A program made the translations under genes and the position numbers. From Alphaproteobacteria bacterium (GTDB lineage: Bacteria; Pseudomonadota; Alphaproteobacteria; CALKHQ01), in the NCBI GenBank assembly GCA_965227515.1, contig CBDDFZ010000001.1, forward strand, positions 3,648,001 to 3,712,000: a stretch of DNA of 64,000 nt. Direction: 5' to 3'. Position 1 is the first letter of the stretch. Each line of letters begins with the position of its first letter. The notes under the pieces were generated by a model, which searched no databases, was not told where the DNA came from, and saw only the letters and a program-made list of their open reading frames with translations. Shown piece after piece: positions 57,102-64,000 of this stretch.

Positions 57102-58033
57102 CGCGCGCCCCGGAACACGAAACGGGTGTACAGGAATGTGAGACCGATCATCGGGATCACCATGATCCAGGCGACGGCGGCCGCGTAACCCATGTCGTAG
57201 TACTTGAAGCCCTGGAAATACGCGTAGTGGGCCAGGGTCTGGGTCGCGGTGCCGGGGCCGCCATTGGTCAGCATGTAGACCTGATCGAACGTCTTCAGCG
57301 AGAAGATGGTTTTCAGGATGACGACGACCGCCAGCACCGGGGCGAGTTGCGGCAGGGTGACGTCCCGAAACACCCGCCAGGTGGAGGCACCGTCGACCTG
57401 GGCCGCCTCGACTGTTTCGCGCGGCACCGCGGCGAGCCCGCCGATCAGCACCAGTGTCAGGAACGGGATCCAGCCCCACACATCGGCCAGCACCACAACG
57501 ACGAACGCCAATGTCGGATCCGACAGCCAGGAAATCTCGGCCAGCGGCGGGATCAGCACGCCGAAGAAGGCGTCGAACAGGCCGAACTCAGGATTGAACA
57601 TGAACCGGAACGACACGCCCACCAGCGCCGGGCTCATGGCGAACGGCAGGATCAACAGCGTGCGCACGGTGAAGCGCAGCCGGCCGCCCGGCGCCAGCAG
57701 CATCGCGATGCCCAGCGCAAGCACAGTGGTGATGGCAACGGTCAGCACGGTGTAGACCGCGGTGACGAGCACGGAGTTCCAGAACGCCGGCTCGCAGAAC
57801 AACGCCCATTCGTAGTTGTCGAACCAGACGAACGGGCCCGGCTCGTTGGACCGCCCCAGGTCCCACCGGCGGAACGACAGCACCAGGCTATCGATCAGTG
57901 GATAGATGGCGGTGGCGAACACCACCACCACCGCCGGCAGCACCAGCAGATACTTCAGGTGGCGGTCGCGCAGCCCCCCGCGCCGCCAGGGGACATCGCG
58001 GGTGGAATTGGCGGCCTGGGCGGAGGTGGTCAT
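57098..58033 (-). CDS. Carbohydrate ABC permease
   Basis: EAAQVDGAS, FDQV..LTNGGPG and MGYAAA motifs. Confidence 0.92.
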   Translation of the reverse strand: MTTSAQAANSTRDVPWRRGGLRDRHLKYLLVLPAVVVVFATAIYPLIDSLVLSFRRWDLGRSNEPGPFVWFDNYEWALFCEPAFWNSVLVTAVYTVLTVAITTVLALGIAMLLAPGGRLRFTVRTLLILPFAMSPALVGVSFRFMFNPEFGLFDAFFGVLIPPLAEISWLSDPTLAFVVVVLADVWGWIPFLTLVLIGGLAAVPRETVEAAQVDGASTWRVFRDVTLPQLAPVLAVVVILKTIFSLKTFDQVYMLTNGGPGTATQTLAHYAYFQGFKYYDMGYAAAVAWIMVIPMIGLTFLYTRFVFRGAR

Positions 58034-58068
58034 GGCCTAACCAACGCAGAGCCTGTCAATACATGCTC

Positions 58069-58240
58069 GTCGCCCTCGCCCTTGTGGCGAGGGCCCATTC
58101 CTGTCGAGGCTCCGCCATCTCGTGCGAAGCCTCGACTTCGGGGCGCATGCGGTCTCATCGCTGGACCAACCACAATGCCCTGTTCGGCAAGAAGAGCAAC
58201 CGCCACATAGATGGGCCCTCGCCACAAGGGCGAGGGCGAC
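58069..58240. repeat. REPIN-like doublet, GTCGCCCTCGCC family, with perfect 30-bp inverted arms
   Basis: GTCGCCCTCGCCCTTGTGGCGAGGGCCCAT (58069-58098) and its exact reverse complement (58211-58240). Confidence 0.9.
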
Positions 58241-58262
58241 AATGCTTCTTCTTTCTTCGACC

Positions 58263-59603
58263 CTACTCGTCGTAGTACCCGGCACGGCCCAGCACGCGCT
58301 CGACCTGCTCGGCCGCCTCCAGCATCAGCTCGCGGGTGTCGCCACCGGCCGCTGCCTCGGCAATCGCGGCCGACAGGATGTCGCCGACCTCCGTCCATTC
58401 CGGGATTTGCGGCATGATGTCGGAGTTCTGCAGCGACGCCCAGGCGGCCTCCTGGATATTGCTGTTGGCCGCATTGACCTCCGCGTCGGTTAGGTTCGCG
58501 ATGTGGGTGACCACGTTGTTGATAATGGTCTCACCGGCAACCTCGCGCTCGGTCGCGTTCGCCTTCTCCAGGTCGGGGTTCGACAGCCACTTCAGGAACT
58601 CCCAAGCCGCATCCTGATTCTCGGAGTACTGCGAGATCGAGAACGGCATCGAAATGGCGTATGTGGCGGTGGTGCCCTGGTACGACGGCATGCCGACAAA
58701 GCCGACCTGATCGGCGGTCAGCACAGATTGTTCCGGATTGGTCATTGGCGAATAGGCCCACCACCAGACCGGGATCATGGCGGAGTTGCCCTGCTGGAAC
58801 GACTGGCGCGCGTCCTGCTCCACGAAAGACAGCGACGCCGGGTTGGTGACGCCTTCGGTGTGAAGCTTGATGTACGCTTCCGTCGCGGCCAATGCCTCCT
58901 CCGAGGTCCAGGCCGGCTTCATGTCCTCATCGAACACATCGCCGCCGACAGCCCACAGGAAGTTCAGCCAGATGAACAGGTTCTGCCGGTTGCCGTCGTT
59001 GTTGTAGTAGAGCGCGAGCGGCTCGATATCGAGGCCGGCCTCGCGGATCAGCCGCGCCGCCTCGATCACGTTGTCCCACGTGGTTGGCGGCTCGGCGCCC
59101 ACCTGCTCGAAGATGTCGGTGCGGTAGAACATGAGCTGGGCATGGGCGCGCAACGGGAAGCCCAGGGTCTCGCCCTCGAACTGCGCAGAGCGCGCGAACG
59201 CCGGCGGATAGCGGTCCATCGAGATGCCGTCGCGGGCCATCCAGTCGTCGATGCGGACCAGCCAGTGCGCGTTCGGCGGCCCCCAGCTATCGAGATAGTT
59301 GACCAGATCGAACGAGCCGTCGGCCGCCACGCCCACCGCCGACACTTTTTCCTGCAACGCGGTGAAGGGAATGAAGGTCCATTCGGTCTCGATGCCGGTC
59401 AGTTCGGTGAATTCGCCGTCTCGCAGCATCAGGCCGTCGAATTGCGGCGTGACCACCGACAGGATCTGGAGGGTCGTGCCCTCGAAGGGCTTGCCGGGCA
59501 GCAGGCCATACGGCAGTTCGTCCTGCGCCATCGCAGGGAAAGCCAAGGCACCTGCCAACAGGAATGCACCGAGCCCGGCGATCGGGCGCGCGTTCGAGTT
59601 CAT
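58263..59603 (-). CDS. Carbohydrate ABC substrate-binding protein
   Basis: Signal peptide ending AMA-Q; MFYRTDIF..PPTTWD; AAWEFLKWL; ATG at 59603 after GGAGGGAG. Confidence 0.9.
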   Translation of the reverse strand: MNSNARPIAGLGAFLLAGALAFPAMAQDELPYGLLPGKPFEGTTLQILSVVTPQFDGLMLRDGEFTELTGIETEWTFIPFTALQEKVSAVGVAADGSFDLVNYLDSWGPPNAHWLVRIDDWMARDGISMDRYPPAFARSAQFEGETLGFPLRAHAQLMFYRTDIFEQVGAEPPTTWDNVIEAARLIREAGLDIEPLALYYNNDGNRQNLFIWLNFLWAVGGDVFDEDMKPAWTSEEALAATEAYIKLHTEGVTNPASLSFVEQDARQSFQQGNSAMIPVWWWAYSPMTNPEQSVLTADQVGFVGMPSYQGTTATYAISMPFSISQYSENQDAAWEFLKWLSNPDLEKANATEREVAGETIINNVVTHIANLTDAEVNAANSNIQEAAWASLQNSDIMPQIPEWTEVGDILSAAIAEAAAGGDTRELMLEAAEQVERVLGRAGYYDE

Positions 59604-59697
59604 CGTTTGCTCCCTCCAACTTGAGCTTTTTCCTCGGCCCGGATCGTGCGTCCGCCGGCACCGATGGCTCAATTCTGACAGCCTAGTATGCGTGATT

Positions 59698-59713
59698 TTG
59701 CATTCGTATGCAA
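59698..59713. promoter_or_regulatory. LacI-type operator, copy 2
   Basis: TTGCATTCGTATGCAA, about 95 nt upstream of the SBP-hpsN operon. Confidence 0.8.
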
Positions 59714-59926
59714 TATACAACAATTGCGATGCCGATACGGCACCGGATTTGATCGTTCGGCTCGATGCCACCGCGCGCACCTCCGCCTCATTCCTCCAGC
59801 TCAACCCGTCCTGCAGCGAGGACGCCATCGGCGTCCGCAGTGCGTGTCGGCGCGTTCACAGACGCCGCCGTCGCTGGATCATGCGATGCCAGATGGTTGA
59901 CAACGGACGCCAGTTACTGAATGAAT

Positions 59927-59941
59927 TTACATCGGATGTAA
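59927..59941. promoter_or_regulatory. Palindrome upstream of the SorC-family gene (candidate operator)
   Basis: TTACATC-G-GATGTAA in an AT-rich stretch flanked by TGAA...TTCA. Confidence 0.5.
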
Positions 59942-59966
59942 GAAATTTCATCTGCGGCGGAGTGGA

Positions 59967-60932
59967 ATGGCGCAAAGCTCGGCAGGCATTGACAAGGACT
60001 CCAGCTTGGCGATCCGTGCAGCGTGGCTCTACTACGCGGCCGGCCTGAACCAGGCGACGGTTGCCCAACGGCTGGGTGTCTCCAGCGTGAAGGCGCACCG
60101 GCTCGTTGCGCGCGCGACACAGGCCGGCGCGGTCAAGGTCACCATCGACGGACAGGTTGCGGAATGCGCCGCCGTGGAGAGCGCGCTGGCCGCCACTTAC
60201 GGCCTCGACTACTGCGAGGTCGTGCCGGACCTGGGCGAAGAGGGCCTGCCCGTGCGCGCCCTGGGGATCGCCGGGGCATCGTACCTGCGCCGCGCGATCG
60301 AGAACGGCCAGCACGGCGTCATCGGCGTCGGACATGGGCGCACGCTCGCGGCAGTCGTGGACCAGTTACCCAGCATCGCCTCAAGGTCGGTGCAGTTCGT
60401 GTCGCTGCTCGGCGGCCTGACGCGCAACTTCTCGGCCAATCCGCATGACGTGATGCATCGCATCGCCCACAAGACCGGCGCGCCGGCATTCGTCATGCCG
60501 GTGCCGTTCTTTGCCAACAGCGCCAAGGACCGGGAGATCCTGCTCGCTCAGCGCGGCGTGAGCGAGGTGTTCAACGTCGCGGCCCAATCCGATCTCAAGA
60601 TCGTCGGCATCGGCACCGCCGAGCCCGAAGCCTCGCTCGTGTCATCCGGCATGATCGAGCCGTCGGAAATCCAGGACGTCAGGACAAAGGGCGGCGTGGG
60701 CGAGTTGCTCGGCCATTTCTTCGACGCCGACGGAAGCCGGATCGAAACCGCGCTGACGGCGCGGACGCTCTCGATCGGCCTGGAAGATGTGAAGGATACA
60801 AGAGTTGTCGCCGTCGCCGGCGGCAAGGACAAGACCTGCGCCATCAGGTCTGTCCTGATGAGTGGCTGCCTAAGCGGGCTCATCACCGACGAGCGCACAG
60901 CCGTGGCGCTCGCCCATCTGGCTTCATCCTAA
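59967..60932 (+). CDS. SorC/DeoR-type sugar-binding transcriptional regulator
   Basis: AAWLYY..LNQ..VA.RLGVS HTH; IGVGHGRTL, VGIG, VAGG.DK and LITDE motifs. Confidence 0.92.
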   Translation: MAQSSAGIDKDSSLAIRAAWLYYAAGLNQATVAQRLGVSSVKAHRLVARATQAGAVKVTIDGQVAECAAVESALAATYGLDYCEVVPDLGEEGLPVRALGIAGASYLRRAIENGQHGVIGVGHGRTLAAVVDQLPSIASRSVQFVSLLGGLTRNFSANPHDVMHRIAHKTGAPAFVMPVPFFANSAKDREILLAQRGVSEVFNVAAQSDLKIVGIGTAEPEASLVSSGMIEPSEIQDVRTKGGVGELLGHFFDADGSRIETALTARTLSIGLEDVKDTRVVAVAGGKDKTCAIRSVLMSGCLSGLITDERTAVALAHLASS

Positions 60933-60963
60933 GCGCGGAAATCAAAAAGGGAGGAACCGTCGC

Positions 60964-62409
60964 ATGTACGAGAGAGAAAAAGATCTCATCGACGCCTATG
61001 TCCGTGGTTCGGTCAGCCGCCGCAGCATGCTGCGCGGCCTATCATCCATGGGCGTTACGGCAGCGACCGCTGCCGTGCTCGTCAACGCCGGTGCTACGCG
61101 AGCGCTGGCGCAGAACGGGTTCGATTGGCAGAAGTACGCTGGCACGACGGTCAAGCTGCTTCTGAACAAGCACCCGTACACCGACGCCATGATTGCCAAT
61201 CTCGACAACTTCAAGTCGCTCAGCGGCATGGACGTCGTCTATGACGTGTTCCCGGAAGACGTCTACTTCGACAAGGTGACCGCGGCGCTCAGCTCCGGCT
61301 CGTCCGAGTACGATGCTTTCATGACCGGCGCCTACATGACCTGGACGTACGGTCCGGCCGGCTGGATCGAGGATCTGAACGAGTGGATCACCGACGACGC
61401 CAAGACGAACCCGGACTACAACTGGGAGGACATGCTGGAAGGCGTGCGCAAGTCCTGCGCCTGGAACGGCATTCCCGGCGGTGCGCTCGGGTCCGACGAC
61501 GCCAAGCAGTGGTGCATTCCGTGGGGCTACGAGCAGAACAACCTGGCCTACAACGCGGCCATGCTGTCCAACGCGGGCGCCAGCGTGCCCACCAACCTGG
61601 ACGAGCTGCTCGAAGCGGCGGCGGCGGCCCAGGCGGGCAATGACGGCATCTACGGCATCGGCGTGCGTGGCTCGCGCAGCTGGGCGACGATTCACCCCGG
61701 CTTCCTCTCCGGCTACGCCAATTTCGGGCAGACCGACCTCACGGTCTCCGACGATGGCATGCTGTCGGCCGCGATGAACACCGACGTCTCGAAGGAGTTC
61801 CACGCCAAGTGGGTCCAGATGATCCAGGATTCCGGCGCGCCGGACTGGTCGACCCACACCTGGTACCAGGTCGGCACCGATCTGGGCGCGGGCAAGTCGG
61901 CAATGATCTACGACGCCGACATCCTGGGCTACTTCATGAACGGCGGCGACAACGCCATGGCTGGCGAACTGGCCTATGCGCCGTTCGCGGCCAATCCGGA
62001 AGCGTCGGCACCGACGCCGAACATCTGGATCTGGTCACTCGCCATGTCGTCCTTCTCCAACCAGAAGGACGCGGCCTGGCAGTTCCTGCAGTGGGCCTCC
62101 GGTCCGGAGCATGGCCTGTTCGGCGCCACGCAGATGGACTTCGTCAACCCCGTCCGCCAGTCGGTCTGGGACGACGCAGGCTTCCGCGACCGCCTGTCGA
62201 GCAGCTATCCCGGCTATGTCGAGATGCACGACGTCTCAGCACCGGGTGCGTCGATCAAGTTCACGGCGCAGCCGCTGTTCTTCGATCTGACCACCGAGTG
62301 GGCGGCGACGCTGCAGAAGATGGTGGCCAACGAGGTGCCCGTCGACGAGGGTCTCGACCAGCTGGCCGAGAGCGTCAACTCGCAGCTCGAGGAAGCAGGC
62401 CTCCACTGA
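60964..62409 (+). CDS. Sugar/polyol ABC substrate-binding protein, Tat signal
   Basis: SRRSML leader; strong SD GGGAGGA; SBP family 1 features; AAWQFLQWA. Confidence 0.9.
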   Translation: MYEREKDLIDAYVRGSVSRRSMLRGLSSMGVTAATAAVLVNAGATRALAQNGFDWQKYAGTTVKLLLNKHPYTDAMIANLDNFKSLSGMDVVYDVFPEDVYFDKVTAALSSGSSEYDAFMTGAYMTWTYGPAGWIEDLNEWITDDAKTNPDYNWEDMLEGVRKSCAWNGIPGGALGSDDAKQWCIPWGYEQNNLAYNAAMLSNAGASVPTNLDELLEAAAAAQAGNDGIYGIGVRGSRSWATIHPGFLSGYANFGQTDLTVSDDGMLSAAMNTDVSKEFHAKWVQMIQDSGAPDWSTHTWYQVGTDLGAGKSAMIYDADILGYFMNGGDNAMAGELAYAPFAANPEASAPTPNIWIWSLAMSSFSNQKDAAWQFLQWASGPEHGLFGATQMDFVNPVRQSVWDDAGFRDRLSSSYPGYVEMHDVSAPGASIKFTAQPLFFDLTTEWAATLQKMVANEVPVDEGLDQLAESVNSQLEEAGLH

Positions 62410-62418
62410 TCAGAACCA

Positions 62419-62447
62419 AGGGGCGCCCGAACACCACGGGCGCCCCT
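62419..62447 (+). terminator. Stem-loop after the SBP gene
   Basis: AGGGGCGCCC-9 nt-GGGCGCCCCT with no U-tract, so more likely an mRNA stabiliser. Confidence 0.55.
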
Positions 62448-62523
62448 GCCTACTCTGAACGAATATCCCGTATGAGGTATTCTTCGGCGCCGATCGCCAG
62501 GAGCGATACGGGGAGAGCGCTGC

Positions 62524-63444
62524 ATGTCCGCCACGTCGATTGAGAGCCCGCGACGCCGCATCCGCGTCGGCCGCCGAGCGCTGCCCTATGTGCTCAGCCT
62601 GCCGGCCCTGATCGTCTGCATCGGCATCCTGATCCCGTTCTTCACGTCCGTCATTCACTCGCTACAGCGGTACCGGGCGACGCAGCCGTGGGCGCGGCAG
62701 TTCAATTGGGGCGAGAACTACCTCAACTTCCTGTCCGATTCCTCGTTCTGGAACACGCTCAAGGTCTCGATGACCTATGCGGTCCTGACCGTCGGGCTGG
62801 AGCTGCTGCTCGGGCTGGGCATCGCGCTGTTGCTGCAGAAGCGCACGCGCTTCAACAACTTCGTCTCCATCATGCTGCTGATGCCGCTGATGACCGCACC
62901 GGCGCTGGCATCGCTGATGTGGAAGCTGATGACGAACCCGGGCTTCGGCATCCTCAGCTATTTCGCGTCTCTCGTCGGGCTTGAGGATTTCCGCTGGGCG
63001 TCCGATCCGGCTACCGCGATGCTGACCGTCGTTCTTGTCGACATCTGGGTCTACACGCCGTTCATCATGATCCTGCTACTGGCCGGCCTCAGATCGCTGC
63101 CGACCCAGCCGTTCGAGGCGGCGGCGCTGGATGGCGTGCCGCGGTTCTTCGTGTTCTGGCGCATCACCCTGCCGATGCTGACGCCGTTCCTGCTGACCGC
63201 CACGCTGTTCCGCGTCATCGAATCGATCCAGCAGTTCGACATCATCTACGCCATGACCCAGGGCGGCCCCGGCGATACGCTGACCGTGTTCCAGGTCGAG
63301 GCCTACCTGAACTTCTTCCAATCCACCAATGTCGGCCGCTCCGCCGCGCTGCTGATGATCCTGTGGGCGATCACCTATGTCCTGTCGATGATCTTCATCA
63401 AGCAGTGGCTGAAGCTGCGCGATCGACAGCGCGGCGAGCTCTAG
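62524..63444 (+). CDS. Carbohydrate ABC permease
   Basis: EAAALDG and QFD..MTQGGPG motifs. Confidence 0.92.
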   Translation: MSATSIESPRRRIRVGRRALPYVLSLPALIVCIGILIPFFTSVIHSLQRYRATQPWARQFNWGENYLNFLSDSSFWNTLKVSMTYAVLTVGLELLLGLGIALLLQKRTRFNNFVSIMLLMPLMTAPALASLMWKLMTNPGFGILSYFASLVGLEDFRWASDPATAMLTVVLVDIWVYTPFIMILLLAGLRSLPTQPFEAAALDGVPRFFVFWRITLPMLTPFLLTATLFRVIESIQQFDIIYAMTQGGPGDTLTVFQVEAYLNFFQSTNVGRSAALLMILWAITYVLSMIFIKQWLKLRDRQRGEL

Positions 63445-63454
63445 AGGTTCGGAT

Positions 63455-64000
63455 ATGGAGCACACTGGCACCTTCGAGCGGATTATCCGGATCGTCGCCA
63501 TCTGGGCGGTGATCCTGTTCTTCATGTTCCCGATGTTCTGGATCTTTCTGATGAGCTTCCAGACCAACGAGACGATCCTGCGCGTACCGCCCTCGATCGA
63601 CTTCATACCGACGTTCGAGAACTACGTCGCGCTGATCTCCGGCAAGTTGGAGACCAATGCCGGGACGCTTGAAATCAACTTCATGTCCAACCTGGCGAAC
63701 TCCCTTCTGCTGGCGGCGGCATCGGTGGCCGTCGGCCTCTGCCTCGGCGTTCCGGCGGCCTACGCCTTCGGGCGGCTGAAGTTCCGCGGGTCGGAGGACA
63801 TCGCCTTTACGCTGCTCAGCTTTCGGTTTGCGCCGCCCCTGCTGGTGATCCTGCCGCTGACGGTCTACTTCAACGATATCGGGCTTGCCGATACCTATAT
63901 GGGGCTGATCTGGGTCTACCAGTTGATCGTGCTGCCGCTGATCCTGTGGATCGTACGCGGCTATTTCGAGGATATCCCGGCCGATATCGAATACGCCTAC
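63455..64000 (+). CDS. Carbohydrate ABC permease, 3' truncated by window
   Basis: Not in the ORF track. Manual translation gives MEHTGTFERIIRIVAIWAVILFFMFPMFWIF..SFQT..PTFENY..NS..GVPAAYAF..RGYFEDIP, open to the window end. Confidence 0.88.
   Translation, partial: MEHTGTFERIIRIVAIWAVILFFMFPMFWIFLMSFQTNETILRVPPSIDFIPTFENYVALISGKLETNAGTLEINFMSNLANSLLLAAASVAVGLCLGVPAAYAFGRLKFRGSEDIAFTLLSFRFAPPLLVILPLTVYFNDIGLADTYMGLIWVYQLIVLPLILWIVRGYFEDIPADIEYAY

Overview
High-GC (roughly 65-70% by eye) bacterial DNA, most likely from an alphaproteobacterium, made almost entirely of small-molecule uptake and catabolism genes. There are six ABC importers. I saw no rRNA, tRNA, CRISPR array, transposase, integrase or phage gene. 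Block 1 (1-31.5 kb) is a cyclic amide/ureide-type cluster: isochorismatase-family amidase, Old Yellow Enzyme, two hydantoinase/oxoprolinase A+B pairs, hydantoin racemase, ornithine-cyclodeaminase-like protein, HpPgdA/PuuE-like deacetylase, CobW GTPase, dihydropyrimidinase, SDR, and Pot-like and Dpp-like transporters, with an acyl-CoA dehydrogenase/CoA-transferase/PrpD trio inserted. Block 2 (32-39 kb) is an alpha-galactoside module: a lower-GC sugar ABC system, MelR and a GH4 MelA. Block 3 (39-59.6 kb) is the best candidate for an undescribed system. It is a LacI-type regulon defined by two identical 16-bp operators, and it joins the sulfonate (DHPS) enzymes HpsN and HpsO-like SDR to four SnoaL/ester-cyclase paralogues, a cupin, a MetE-II-like Zn enzyme, an aldo-keto reductase and two sugar-type ABC importers. 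Block 4 (60-64 kb) is a SorC-type regulator with a sugar/polyol ABC system. The intergenic DNA holds at least five families of palindromic REP/REPIN-like elements, two of which have fixed-length but unrelated interiors. Two tandem duplications at gene starts create chains of stop-start-coupled mini-ORFs. All functional calls come from motif recognition without database searches.
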